Notes under the pieces: generated by a model
The model's database searches: none
Seen by the model: only the letters and a program-made list of their open reading frames with translations
Told to the model about the DNA's origin: nothing
Program-made: the position numbers and the translations under genes
Shown: positions 1-9,430 of the stretch, piece after piece
Position numbering within the stretch: the first letter of the stretch is position 1
Layout: each line of letters starts with the position of its first letter
Assembly (NCBI GenBank): GCA_965228475.1
Contig: OZ245817.1
Span: 800,001-864,000, forward strand
DNA: 64,000 bases
Reading direction: 5' to 3'
DNA from: Myxococcota bacterium
Lineage (GTDB): Bacteria > Myxococcota_A > UBA9160 > JAFDDA01

Positions 1-147
1 ATGGCCGCGGCCTACTGGATGGCCCACGGCACGAAGGCCCTCTTCCCGATCAACAACGGGGGCGAGCTGGCCGCGCTCTACTGCTTCGTCTTCCTGTTCA
101 TCGCCTCCCGCGGTGCCGGGATCTGGAGCGTCGACGGCGAGGGCTGA
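1..147 (+). CDS. DoxX family membrane protein, 3' part (truncated by window edge)
   Basis: Own translation MAAAYWMAHGTKALFPINNGGELAALYCFVFLFIASRGAGIWSVDGEG*; the NGGELAxLYCF...GAGxWSxD ending is typical of DoxX. Confidence 0.75.
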   Translation: MAAAYWMAHGTKALFPINNGGELAALYCFVFLFIASRGAGIWSVDGEG

Positions 148-204
148 GCCCGGCCGGAAGACCCGGGCTTCAGTCGGGAGGGGAACACGCCGATCCCCCT
201 CCCG

Positions 205-669
205 ATGAAGCTCGAAGAATTCGAGATGCGCGAGCGGCTCGCGGCCGAGGACCTGGCGTGGCACCCGGTGTGGGCACCGTTCCGCGCCGGAGACCGGGCC
301 CGGGTGCTCGGTTGGGGCGTCGCCCCCGAGCGGCTCGATGCCGAGCTCGAGCGCTACGCCTACTGCGGGCCCGACCCGCTCTTCCCGGTCCTCGAGTCCG
401 AGGCCATGCCGGGCCGGGCGGATCTCGTCGTGGCCGGGAGTCTCCAATTCTCGGGGGGCGCGGTGCTTTCCTCGGCCTACCGGATCGCGCCGCACGTGGT
501 CGGACTCTTCGTGAAGGGGCGCGAGTGGGTTTTCAACCGGTTCCTGCCGGAGCGCGCCGAGCGCGCCGGGCGTGAGCTGGCCGCAGCGCTCGGCCTCCCG
601 ACCGATGCGATCTTCCCGATGCACTTCCGCGGGCGCCTGCCCGGCTTCGACGCCCGCTTCGAGCGCTAG
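205..669 (+). CDS. hypothetical protein
   Basis: 154-aa ORF with genome-typical codon usage; no motif recognised. Confidence 0.6.
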   Translation: MKLEEFEMRERLAAEDLAWHPVWAPFRAGDRARVLGWGVAPERLDAELERYAYCGPDPLFPVLESEAMPGRADLVVAGSLQFSGGAVLSSAYRIAPHVVGLFVKGREWVFNRFLPERAERAGRELAAALGLPTDAIFPMHFRGRLPGFDARFER

Positions 670-682
670 CCAGCGCCGCCCG

Positions 683-1210
683 CTAGCGCGGGCTCCAGCC
701 CGTGGCGTGGGGTGCCATGAAGACCACGCCGAGCTTCATGCGGGTGTGGAGCCACCGGCCGTCTTCCCGGCGGTAGGTGTCGTCTTCGGTCCCGGCCATC
801 CAATGCGGGGCGCCGTCGGGCGTCGTGCAGGGCGAGAGGATGTCCCAGCGCGCTTCCGCGTGGTCGCCCTCGATGCGGAGCTCGGGCTTCAGGAAGTAGT
901 GCCAGGAGAAGAGCAGCGTCGGGTCGAGGAAGCGCTCGCGGATGGCCGCGCGGCCGCGGCAGGTGCCGAGGCTGCGGCCGCCGTCCCAGACCGCGTCCTC
1001 GGTGAAGAGTGCCGCGATCTCTCCGGCGAGGCGTTCGAGCTCCGGGGCGTCGACCACGCCGCCGCCGCGGCGGTAGCGGGCGTCGACGAGCCGCGCGTAG
1101 CGGGCCTTCAGGTTGCGGATGTCCTCCGCAGCCTCGAGCGCTGCGATGCGCCGCTCGAGCGCATCGAGCGCCGTGCGTTCGAGGCCTTCGGGTTCGGACG
1201 GGTCCGGCAT
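683..1210 (-). CDS. nuclear transport factor 2 / SnoaL-like (BaiE/LinA-type) protein
   Basis: LEAAEDIRNLKARYARLVD, LFTEDAVWD, GRAAIR, DTYRREDGRW pattern of SnoaL_4 proteins. Confidence 0.8.
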   Translation of the reverse strand: MPDPSEPEGLERTALDALERRIAALEAAEDIRNLKARYARLVDARYRRGGGVVDAPELERLAGEIAALFTEDAVWDGGRSLGTCRGRAAIRERFLDPTLLFSWHYFLKPELRIEGDHAEARWDILSPCTTPDGAPHWMAGTEDDTYRREDGRWLHTRMKLGVVFMAPHATGWSPR

Positions 1211-1245
1211 TTCGCGCCGCAGTATACCGTTGCTAGGGTGGCGCG

Positions 1246-1689
1246 ATGAGCCGACGAAGAACCCCGACCCGCTGGGCCGCGCTCGCGGCGCTGGTGCTCG
1301 CCGCTGCCTACGGCCTCCTGGACGTCCCGCTCTCGGAGCTCACCGGCGGCTCGAGCGGGGCGCAGGCCGTGGCGGCGCTGTACGAGACGCGCACCTCGGG
1401 CGAGATGGTCGAGGTGGAAGGCACCGTCGAGAAGCGCCTCTCCGACGATCTGAAAGGCTCGCGCCATCAGCGGTTCATCCTCCGCCTGGCTCCCGGGATG
1501 ACCGTACTCGTCAGCCACAACATCGACCTCGCGCCGCGCATCGACGCCCTGCGAGACGGCGACCGCGTCTTCCTCCGCGGGCAGTACGAGTGGAACGAGA
1601 AGGGTGGCGTGATCCACTGGACCCACCACGACCCGGACGGCCGGCGCACCGGCGGCTACATCGAGCACGAGGGCCGGGCGTACCGCTAG
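1246..1689 (+). CDS. DUF3465 domain-containing protein
   Basis: N-terminal hydrophobic segment; GSRHQRFIL, HNIDLAPRI, GQYEWNEKGGVIHWTHHDP motifs. Confidence 0.85.
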   Translation: MSRRRTPTRWAALAALVLAAAYGLLDVPLSELTGGSSGAQAVAALYETRTSGEMVEVEGTVEKRLSDDLKGSRHQRFILRLAPGMTVLVSHNIDLAPRIDALRDGDRVFLRGQYEWNEKGGVIHWTHHDPDGRRTGGYIEHEGRAYR

Positions 1690-1787
1690 GCGCGGCTCAC
1701 GCGCATGCAACGCGCACGCAACCTCCGTGGAACCGCCGAGGGCGGGCACCCTCAAGTGGCCTCGGCGGCAGGCCGATCGAGCTAGCG

Positions 1788-2375
1788 ATGAGCGAGTCCG
1801 TCAAAGGAATCTTCCTGGCCGGCGCCGTCTCGACGGTGCGCAAGGCCATCCGCGAGGGCCGCGCCCTGCGGGAGCAGGTCGAGGCGCGCCTCGACGGCCC
1901 GGACCTGCCGTTCCTCGAAGAGAAGGTCGACCCGACGCTCTGGTACCCGGTCACGACCCTCGGCCACTACCTCGACGTGCTCGCCGATCTCGAAGGCGGC
2001 GACCCGAGGCAGGCCTTGATCAACATCGGACGGCGCGCGGCGGACATGGCCGCGCGGACGGGCCGCTATCAGCAGCTCTCGCGGGAGCGGACCATCGGCG
2101 AGAGCCCGAGCGACGTGCTCCGCTACGGACGCCTCGTCACCAGCGTGATCACCGCCTTCTACGACTTCAGCCGGATGAGCTTCGGCCCCCACCCGACGGA
2201 GCCGAACACGTTTCAGATCCAGTGGCTCGACGTCGCGGACCTGCCGGAATCGAACCGCTTCTGCGCGGAGGGGTTCATCGACCGGGTGGCGCACCACGCT
2301 TCCGAGAGCCGCTTCGAGGTGACGAGCGCCCGCCCGTCGCCCGACCACATCCAGTTCTCGATCCGGGCCTACTGA
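1788..2375 (+). CDS. hypothetical protein, myxobacterial DUF2378/V4R-like
   Basis: Start reassigned to ATG 1788 (MSESVKG); VKG...WYPV...GRRAAD...EGFI pattern; family call tentative. Confidence 0.55.
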   Translation: MSESVKGIFLAGAVSTVRKAIREGRALREQVEARLDGPDLPFLEEKVDPTLWYPVTTLGHYLDVLADLEGGDPRQALINIGRRAADMAARTGRYQQLSRERTIGESPSDVLRYGRLVTSVITAFYDFSRMSFGPHPTEPNTFQIQWLDVADLPESNRFCAEGFIDRVAHHASESRFEVTSARPSPDHIQFSIRAY

Positions 2376-2457
2376 GGCCTCCGGGCCTGCGAACGGCGAG
2401 AGGCCTCCGGCCGCACCCGGGTGCGGCACGAAGGCCTCTCTCTTCGCAGGTCGCGCG

Positions 2458-2799
2458 CTAGTGCCTGCGGTCCCAGCGGCGGTCGAAGCGCGCACCCTTG
2501 CGGTCGAGCCGCCGGTCGATGCGCTCCCCCTTGCGATCGAGCCGCCGGTCGATGCGATCTCCCTTGCGGTCGAGCCGCTCCGAGAGGCGGGGCTTGCCCG
2601 CTTCGGCGGCACGGTTCGAAGCGCGGTCGAGACGCCGATCGATGCGGTCGCCCTTGCGGTCGAGGCGCCGTTCGATGCGATCGCCCTTGTTGTCGAGGCG
2701 CCGCTCGACGCGGTCGCCGAAGTCGTCGGCGCGGGCCGTGCCCGTGGCGAGCACCAGGCCACCGGCGAGAGCGAAGAGAAAAGCGAAGCTACGGGTCAT
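2458..2799 (-). CDS. small secreted protein with 11-aa DRIDRRLDRKG repeats
   Basis: GGAGG RBS before ATG 2799; signal peptide ending ARA; about six 11-mer repeats. Confidence 0.8.
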   Translation of the reverse strand: MTRSFAFLFALAGGLVLATGTARADDFGDRVERRLDNKGDRIERRLDRKGDRIDRRLDRASNRAAEAGKPRLSERLDRKGDRIDRRLDRKGERIDRRLDRKGARFDRRWDRRH

Positions 2800-2929
2800 G
2801 AGGTCGTCCTCCAGGGTCGGATGGCTCGAGGCTCCCTGCCCCGATGAAGGACGAAACCCGGCGCGGCCGGTTTGGTTGCGCGGGCCCGGCGACGGCCGGC
2901 AAACCGCCGGCAACTCCCTTTGGAACCGC

Positions 2930-4420
2930 CTACTTCGCGGCCCGGTACGGCTTCGAGATGGCGACCTTCACGAGCTGACCGGCCTCGAGGGCGTCCGTGG
3001 CGAACAGGTCGTTCATGACGGCCGTGTGCTGGAGGGGCCAGGCGTTCCCCGTGCGGTCCGAGAGCTCCGGGAGCGATTCCCCGGCCCGGGCCTCGACCAC
3101 CTGGAGGCGGTTCTCCCGGATGCTGCCCGCCAGCTCCCGCGAGAGGGGGCGGAAGCTCCGGGCGGTGCTGACGAAGATGGCTTCGTTGCGCTCGTGGTTC
3201 TCGCGCGAGACGCCCGTGAGGCGGTAGCGGTGCCCGCGGCTCGCGATGAAGGTCACGACGAGCCGCACGCCGGCGAACCGGTTGCTGGCGCGGCCGTGCA
3301 TCCGCAGCGCTTCGAAGCCGCCCACCTTGATCGGCTGCGGGTTCTCGAAGCGGACGCCCAGCGCCTCGGTCTCCTTGCGGAACTCGTCGACGGCCTCCAT
3401 GAGGTCCGAGCCCTGGCCCGCGTGTTCGAGGATCACCTGGGCGCGCCGGTCCGGGGAGACGGCCCCGACCGCCGTGTGGGTGTTCGCGGTCTCCCAGTTG
3501 TCCGGGAAGCGAAGGGTGAAGCCCAGGTCCGCGTGCAGGAAGCGTCCGCCCTGGAAGACGCCCTCGGCGCCGCTCACGCCGACGACGAGGCCTTCGATGC
3601 GGCGCAGGAAGTCTTCGCGGCTCTTCGCGACGCCCGGCTTCGGCTTCCAGGCGATGCCCCGCGCGCGCTGGGACGCGTCCGCCGCGCGGCGGCCCGCGGC
3701 GGGGTGGGTGTCGAGGAAGGAGGGCCAGCGAGACGCCCCGAGCCGCAGTCGCTCGGTGAACTCGAGCCCGCGCAGGAAGGTGGCCATGCCCTCCGGGTCG
3801 TAGCCCGCGAGGGCGGCGATGCCCTGGCCGAGGCGGTCGGCTTCGCGCTCCTGGGATCGGCTGTAGCCGGCGAGGCTCCCGCGCGAGAGGAAGCGCACGA
3901 TGCCCGGCATGGCCTGGGTCACCTGGAGGCGCGCCGCGGCGTGGCGCGCGGCGACGTGGGCGATCTCGTGCCCGATCACGTTCGCGAGCTCGTCCTCGGA
4001 GTTCGCGAGGGCGAGCAGACCGCGAGAGACGTAGATGAATCCGCCGGGCAGCGCGAACGCGTTGGGCAGATCCTGATCGACGATGCGGAAGCGGTAGTCG
4101 AAGCGGTGGCGCGGCGCGTGGCGCGCGAGCCGCTTGCCGATCGCGCTCACGTAGGCGACGAGCGGCCTGTTCTCGACGAGCCCCATGGCCGCCCCGACCT
4201 TCTCCGATTCCTCCTCGCCGACGCGGCGATCGTCGTAGACGGTGTCGAGGACGACCTCGCGCTTCTCCTCTTCCTCCTCGGCGTCGGGCTCGGCGGCTTC
4301 TTCCCGCGACCCCTCGGCCTTCTCGTCCTCGGCGGTCCCCAGGGCGACGGGCAAGGCCATCAGGGCCAGTGCGAGGAGAGCGAAGGCGAGGGGGCCGGTT
4401 CGGGAGGGGCGGTGCATCAC
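2930..4420 (-). CDS. M48 family metalloprotease (BepA/YfgC-like) with C-terminal LysM-like domain
   Basis: Signal peptide; PNAFALPGG, HEIAH zinc motif, YSRSQEREAD, FLDTHP; C-terminal GESL...N...LEAGQLVKV. Confidence 0.88.
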   Translation of the reverse strand: MMHRPSRTGPLAFALLALALMALPVALGTAEDEKAEGSREEAAEPDAEEEEEKREVVLDTVYDDRRVGEEESEKVGAAMGLVENRPLVAYVSAIGKRLARHAPRHRFDYRFRIVDQDLPNAFALPGGFIYVSRGLLALANSEDELANVIGHEIAHVAARHAAARLQVTQAMPGIVRFLSRGSLAGYSRSQEREADRLGQGIAALAGYDPEGMATFLRGLEFTERLRLGASRWPSFLDTHPAAGRRAADASQRARGIAWKPKPGVAKSREDFLRRIEGLVVGVSGAEGVFQGGRFLHADLGFTLRFPDNWETANTHTAVGAVSPDRRAQVILEHAGQGSDLMEAVDEFRKETEALGVRFENPQPIKVGGFEALRMHGRASNRFAGVRLVVTFIASRGHRYRLTGVSRENHERNEAIFVSTARSFRPLSRELAGSIRENRLQVVEARAGESLPELSDRTGNAWPLQHTAVMNDLFATDALEAGQLVKVAISKPYRAAK

Positions 4421-5745
4421 TCCGCGCCCTCTGCAGCGAGGCGCTCGAAGGCGTCCTCGGTGATGCGGATGCCCGCTTCGTCGAAGGCCTCGCGGACGGC
4501 CGGCGTCACCGTTCCCGAGACGAGCAGTTGGGCCTGGCCCGAGGTGCTCACCGTCCCGGCGATCCGGTCCCGCAGGGCCCGCGACGCCGGCGACCAGGTC
4601 ACGCGGTCCGCCACGAGCGGAACGACGAGGCCGCCTTCGTGGGTCCGCCCGACGACGAAGGTCCCCTGGCTCGAGAGCCGAGCCAGCCCCTCACGGTTCT
4701 CGTGAAAGCGCCGCAAGAGCTCCGCGCTCCGTTGGAAGCGCCAGGCCTCGGTCTCGCTCTTCGCCTGGGCCGCCGCGTCCACGAACGCGGCGCGCCCCTC
4801 GGTCAGGTCGAGGGCGACGAGGGATTCGACGAGCACGGTCGCGTGACGCGGCGAGTACCAGGCGTGGCTCAGGAAGGCGTCCGCGCGTTCGCCCCCGACG
4901 CCCATGACCGCGAGCTCGATGCGGTTCAGGCGCCGCAGGTCTTCGGGGGAGTAGTGGCGCAGGATCTCGCGCAGCCGGTCCGTGCTGCCCACGGCGCCGG
5001 ACGCCTCGCCCTCCTCCTCGCCCTGGAACGGCACGATCGCGAAAGGCAGACCCCCGAGGTAGGACGCCCAGGCGAAACGGTTCAGCTGCTTCTGGAGCAG
5101 GGGGTTCGAGGAGTACGGATCGACGCCGAGTTCGTAGGCGAGCTCCCGCTTCTTGCTCTCGAAGCCGATGAACTCGCGCAGGCCGGAGTCTTCCAGTTCG
5201 CTGCGCTCGCGCCGGGCGAGGCGTGCCGTCTTCTCGAGCGTCTCCCATGCGGCCTGGGGGACGCCGAGGATGGAATCGACCGGGTCGCGCAGCAGGTTCC
5301 AGGCGGCGACGAAGGGGCTCTTCAACCCCGCGGCCAGGGCGTTCGCGAACTCGTCGCGCTTCTGCATGCGGTCGAGCTGTCCGAGCGCGGCGATCTCGGC
5401 GACGCGGGTGCGCAGGCGGGCGTCGCCGTGGGCTTCGAGCACGCCGAAGTCGGAGTCGATCGTGTAGTGGTGGAGGAACTCGCGGAGGCCGACCTCCTCG
5501 CGCACCCGGTGGTGCGGGCCCACGCGCAGGGCGTCGGGCAGCAGGGCTTCGGCGCGCGCCGGCGGGAGGGCCTCGAAGGACGCCTCGTCGGGCGCCGCCT
5601 CCGCCCCGGGCATCGCGCCTCCGCAACCCAGCAACGCCAGCGCGAGCACCGCGAGCGCGAAACCGAAAGCACGTCCCGTCCGGGCCACCCGTTCTCCTCC
5701 TGCGAGCCGAACCGTAGGCCATCGCCCTGTCGGGGGCCCTCGCAC
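4417..5745 (-). CDS. hypothetical exported protein / lipoprotein
   Basis: Hydrophobic stretch followed by LLGC lipobox; 4-bp overlap with the M48 gene; start codon uncertain. Confidence 0.65.
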   Translation of the reverse strand: MRGPPTGRWPTVRLAGGERVARTGRAFGFALAVLALALLGCGGAMPGAEAAPDEASFEALPPARAEALLPDALRVGPHHRVREEVGLREFLHHYTIDSDFGVLEAHGDARLRTRVAEIAALGQLDRMQKRDEFANALAAGLKSPFVAAWNLLRDPVDSILGVPQAAWETLEKTARLARRERSELEDSGLREFIGFESKKRELAYELGVDPYSSNPLLQKQLNRFAWASYLGGLPFAIVPFQGEEEGEASGAVGSTDRLREILRHYSPEDLRRLNRIELAVMGVGGERADAFLSHAWYSPRHATVLVESLVALDLTEGRAAFVDAAAQAKSETEAWRFQRSAELLRRFHENREGLARLSSQGTFVVGRTHEGGLVVPLVADRVTWSPASRALRDRIAGTVSTSGQAQLLVSGTVTPAVREAFDEAGIRITEDAFERLAAEGAE

Positions 5746-5789
5746 GGCGTGCCCTTGCCCGTGCGGGGCGGTTCGTGGTACCCGAAGTC

Positions 5790-6038
5790 ATGCGAAAAAC
5801 GACCTCTTGGCTCGCGGCGGCCGCGCTCGTCCTCGTCGCCTGCGGCCCGCCCAGCAAGCACGACATCCTCTCGAAGGCCGAAGGCGTCGAGACCAAGGCG
5901 GAGCTCGAAGCCGCGCTCGGGGAGCCGAGCGAGCGCAACAAGCTCGGACCGCTCGAGACCTGGACCTACCAGGCGGAGGACGGCGCCGTCACGTTCGTGA
6001 TCACGGGCAACACGGTTCAGCTGAAGACCGCGGAGTAG
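5790..6038 (+). CDS. small lipoprotein (SmpA/BamE-like fold possible)
   Basis: MRK...LVAC lipobox; TKAELEAALGEP...ETWTY. Confidence 0.65.
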   Translation: MRKTTSWLAAAALVLVACGPPSKHDILSKAEGVETKAELEAALGEPSERNKLGPLETWTYQAEDGAVTFVITGNTVQLKTAE

Positions 6039-6047
6039 GGCGGCACC

Positions 6048-6914
6048 GTGACGCGCGCCTTCACCTGGATCCTCGTGGCCTATGCCGCGGCCCTCGCCGT
6101 CGCCGTTGCCGTCGCCCGGGCGGTGCCGACGGACGACCCGCTCTGGATCGCGCTCTGGGCGGACGTCGCGGCGACCTTCGTGATCTTCGGCTTCAGCGTC
6201 GCCTTCCGGAACTCGAGCTTCTACGACGCTTACTGGAGCGTCGTGCCGCCGGTGATCGCGGTCTATTGGATCTCGGTGGCGCAGCCCGAAGCCTCGGCCG
6301 TCCGCCAGGGGCTCGCGGCGCTGCTCGTCTTCGCCTGGGGCGCCCGCCTCACCTGGAACTGGGCCCGGGGCTGGACCGGCCTCCACCACGAAGACTGGCG
6401 CTACGTCGACCTCCAGGAGAAGACCGGCCGGTGGTACTGGCTCGTTTCCTTCTCCGGGATCCACATGCTCCCGACGCTCTGGGTCTTCGGCGGCTGCCTG
6501 GCGCTCTATCCGGCCCTCGCCGTCGGGGCGCGGCCGCTCGGCTGGCTCGATGCCCTCGCCGTGCTGGTGACCGCGACGGCGGTGTGGCTCGAGTTCCAGG
6601 CGGACCAGGAGCTGCGCGCCTTCCGCGACGACCCGGCCCGCCGCCCCGAAGACGTCCTCGACACCGGCCTCTGGGCCCGCTCGCGCCACCCGAACTACCT
6701 CGGCGAGATGGGCTTCTGGTGGGGCCTGTGGCTCTTCGGCCTGGCCGCGGACCCCTCGTGGGCCTGGACGATCGTCGGGCCCCTCTCGATCACCGCCATG
6801 TTCCGCTTCGCGAGCCTGCCGATGATCGAGAACCGCATGCTCGCGCGGCGTCCCGAAACCTTCGTGGCGTATCAGAATCGAACGCCCATGGTTCTTCCCC
6901 GACCCTGGAAGTAG
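6048..6914 (+). CDS. DUF1295 membrane protein (steroid 5-alpha-reductase-like)
   Basis: NSSFYDAYWS, EDWRY, ADQEL, GLWARSRHPNYLGE motifs. Confidence 0.88.
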   Translation: MTRAFTWILVAYAAALAVAVAVARAVPTDDPLWIALWADVAATFVIFGFSVAFRNSSFYDAYWSVVPPVIAVYWISVAQPEASAVRQGLAALLVFAWGARLTWNWARGWTGLHHEDWRYVDLQEKTGRWYWLVSFSGIHMLPTLWVFGGCLALYPALAVGARPLGWLDALAVLVTATAVWLEFQADQELRAFRDDPARRPEDVLDTGLWARSRHPNYLGEMGFWWGLWLFGLAADPSWAWTIVGPLSITAMFRFASLPMIENRMLARRPETFVAYQNRTPMVLPRPWK

Positions 6915-6928
6915 ACCGCCGGGGCAAG

Positions 6929-7037
6929 TGGAATAAACGTTCCAGAAAGTTTCTTTTCCTTCAAAATCAAACAATTAGAGCTTTCGGTCATAAAAAAAGC
7001 TCCGCCATGCCCGCTCGGCTCGGGCCATAATGGGCCC
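6929..7037. promoter_or_regulatory. AT-rich promoter/operator region of tetR with an IHF-consensus site and two inverted repeats
   Basis: TGGAA-N6-TTCCA 6929-6944; AATCAAACAATTA 6965-6977 matches WATCAANNNNTTR; GAGCTTT-N11-AAAGCTC 6978-7002; CATAAT near 7026. Confidence 0.5.
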
Positions 7038-7039
7038 GG

Positions 7040-7756
7040 TTGGCTGGAACCGAAGAGGTGCAGACCGTGGCGATTCCTTCCCTTCCCCAAGCGAGTGAGA
7101 CCCCCCAAACGAACGAGGCGCGGCCGACGAACTCCGCCGAGCGCAAGGCCGAGACGCGACGGCGGATCCTCGCGGCGGCGCGGCCGGTCTTCCTGCGTGA
7201 GGGCTTCATCTCGGCCAACCTGAACGAGGTGGCCCGCGAGGCCGGCGTCGGGAAGGGCACCCTCTACCGCCACTTCGAGAACAAGGGCGAGCTCTACCTG
7301 GCCGTGCTCTCGGAGAACGGTGAGATCTTCCTCGAGGAGATGCGCAGCGCCATCGACTTCGACGTCTCGGCGCTCGAGCAGATCGAGCAGATCGCCAAGT
7401 TCTACGTCGACTTCTGGGTGCGCCACCCGGAGTACTTCAAGATCACCTGGGCCGTGCAGAACCCGGAGCTGATCGGGCCGATCTCCCCCGAGCTCGAGCG
7501 GCGCCTGGCGGACAGCTTCGAGAAGCCGGTCCGGCTGCTCGAGGCGCTGATCAAGAACGGCGTCGAGCGCGGCGAGCTCCGCCCGTGCGACCCGTGGAAC
7601 ATGGCCAACGCGATCGGCATCTGCGGGGGCGCGGCCGTCGGCTACATCATCGGCATGAGCAAGAGCCCGCTCGAGCGCGATGCGCGCGCCGTCTGGGAGC
7701 AGATGCTCGATCTCGCCCTCGCGGGATTGCGGCCGCACCCGACCGACCGGCAGTAG
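7040..7756 (+). CDS. TetR/AcrR family transcriptional regulator
   Basis: TRRRILAAARPVFLREG...VAREAGVGKGTLYRHFENKGELY helix-turn-helix; start uncertain. Confidence 0.92.
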   Translation: MAGTEEVQTVAIPSLPQASETPQTNEARPTNSAERKAETRRRILAAARPVFLREGFISANLNEVAREAGVGKGTLYRHFENKGELYLAVLSENGEIFLEEMRSAIDFDVSALEQIEQIAKFYVDFWVRHPEYFKITWAVQNPELIGPISPELERRLADSFEKPVRLLEALIKNGVERGELRPCDPWNMANAIGICGGAAVGYIIGMSKSPLERDARAVWEQMLDLALAGLRPHPTDRQ

Positions 7757-7773
7757 CGCGGCCTTCCCTCGAT

Positions 7774-8256
7774 CTAGTGATCGTGGTGTTCGTGCGGGTC
7801 GCCGCCCGCAGCCGCGCGGAGGTCGGCCTCGACCGTCCGTTCGCTGCCGTCGTCGAAGCGGAGCTGCAGCGGCACGGAATCGCCCGAGGGTTCGAGCCCG
7901 AACAGCATCAGGTGGTAGCCGCCGGGTTCGAAGGTGACGTGAGCGTCCGGCGCGACGGCGACGGATTCGACGCGGCCCATGCGCGCGACGTCGCCCTCGA
8001 GCCAGGAACGGTGGAGCTCGACGCGGTCCGCGGCGGCGCTCTCGACGGCGACGAGGCTCCGCTCCGCCGAGGTCCCGTTGTGCAGCAGGAAGTAGCCACC
8101 CGCCGGGCCGCTGCCCGCCGGGTTCGGTGCGACCCACGCGTTGGCGACGTGCATCTCGCCCGGGCCTTCCCCGCCCCCGCAGGCCGCGAGGCCGAGCGCC
8201 AGGGCGGCGAAGACCATCCGCGCCGTGCGCCAATGGGTCGGGGCCGCGCGCCTCAT
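7774..8256 (-). CDS. copper chaperone PCu(A)C lipoprotein
   Basis: LAAC lipobox; ELH-x10-M...PGGYHLML motif; His-rich C-terminus. Confidence 0.9.
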   Translation of the reverse strand: MRRAAPTHWRTARMVFAALALGLAACGGGEGPGEMHVANAWVAPNPAGSGPAGGYFLLHNGTSAERSLVAVESAAADRVELHRSWLEGDVARMGRVESVAVAPDAHVTFEPGGYHLMLFGLEPSGDSVPLQLRFDDGSERTVEADLRAAAGGDPHEHHDH

Positions 8257-8939
8257 CGCGAAGCCAGACGCCGGATGGCGCGATAGGCCTCCGCCGCCGC
8301 CTCCGGCTCGATGGGCGGCGAGAAGACCGCGTGGAGTTCGGCCTGGGGATCGACGAGCAGCACGGACGCGCTGTGGTCGAAGTCGTACTGCTCCTCGGTG
8401 CCGCCGGCGGCCCGCTCGTGGAAGACCCCGATGGCTCCGGTCAGGCGCGCGAGTTCCTCGGGCTCGCCCATGGCCCCGCGGAAGTCGCCGTCGAAGTGCT
8501 CGACGTACTTGCGCAGGGTCTCGGGCGCGTCGCGCTCCGGGTCGACGGAGACGAAGACCCACTGGGCGTCGAGCGCCGGGCTCCCGGCCTGGAGCTCCTG
8601 GCGCAGGTCGCGCAGGGCGCCGAGGGTGAGCGGGCAGATGCTCGGGCAGTTCGTGTAGCCGAAGAAGACGAAGCTCCACTCGCCGGTGAAGGCATCGCGC
8701 GAGAAGGGCTGGCCCGCGTCGTCCGTGAGGGTGAACTCCGGAAGCGGCTTCGGGACGGGCAGGACCGTCGCGGCGTTGCCGATCTCCGGCGGGGTCTCGG
8801 GGATGGCGTCGAGCAGCTCCCGGATGAACCAGAGCCCGCCGACGGCGATCAGCAGCCCGATCACCCGCACGCCCCAGCGCAGGGTCGGGTTCTGGTTCGG
8901 CGCACGCACGAGCTCGTGGGGAGGCGTCTCGCTGCTCAT
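8253..8939 (-). CDS. SCO family protein (SCO1/SenC)
   Basis: FFGYTNCPSICP (CxxxC), VSVDPERD, DHSA; N-terminal TM anchor; ATG 8939. Confidence 0.92.
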   Translation of the reverse strand: MSSETPPHELVRAPNQNPTLRWGVRVIGLLIAVGGLWFIRELLDAIPETPPEIGNAATVLPVPKPLPEFTLTDDAGQPFSRDAFTGEWSFVFFGYTNCPSICPLTLGALRDLRQELQAGSPALDAQWVFVSVDPERDAPETLRKYVEHFDGDFRGAMGEPEELARLTGAIGVFHERAAGGTEEQYDFDHSASVLLVDPQAELHAVFSPPIEPEAAAEAYRAIRRLASR

Positions 8940-9373
8940 CGCCAACCGATCGGCTGATAGCCGCGCTCGCGCAGGCACATCTCGACGAAGCGGCGCTCGA
9001 CGGCGTCGGGCTCGCGCCAGCGGAAGAGGCCCCGGACGAGGCTCCCGGCGCCCGCGGCCGCCGCGCCAGTGGCGGCGCCGATTCCGGCTCCGCCGCCGCG
9101 GATGGCGCCGGCCGCCGCGCCCGCCGCGGCACCCGTGGCCGCGCCCGTCGCGGTTCCGCCGGCGAGCCGCCCGGCGCGGCCCGTTCCGGCGCCCGCCGCG
9201 TCGGCCCAATCCCGGCACTGGTCGATGTCGAACTCCGCGCCCTCGGGGCCGCGGTCGTAGTAGGTGGCGTTCGGGTAGAGCACGGGCTTCTTGCTGCAGG
9301 CGGGAAGCCCGAGGCACAGGAGCGCGGCCGATGCGTAGGCGAGGTGCCGCGGCCTTCGCGGGGATTGTCGCAT
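8936..9373 (-). CDS. glycine-zipper lipoprotein
   Basis: LPAC lipobox, PVLYPN, GAATGAAAGAAAGAI zipper, FVEMCLRERGY. Confidence 0.8.
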   Translation of the reverse strand: MRQSPRRPRHLAYASAALLCLGLPACSKKPVLYPNATYYDRGPEGAEFDIDQCRDWADAAGAGTGRAGRLAGGTATGAATGAAAGAAAGAIRGGGAGIGAATGAAAAGAGSLVRGLFRWREPDAVERRFVEMCLRERGYQPIGWR

Positions 9374-9430
9374 GGCGGAAACGTAACACCCCCGGCGGGG
9401 CGCGGCTTGGCGCGGCGGCCTTCGGTGCTG

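Noticed and set aside
6929..6944. KstR operator (TnnAACnnGTTnnA)
   Set aside because: The half-site is similar but spacing and left arm do not fit; kept only as a generic palindrome
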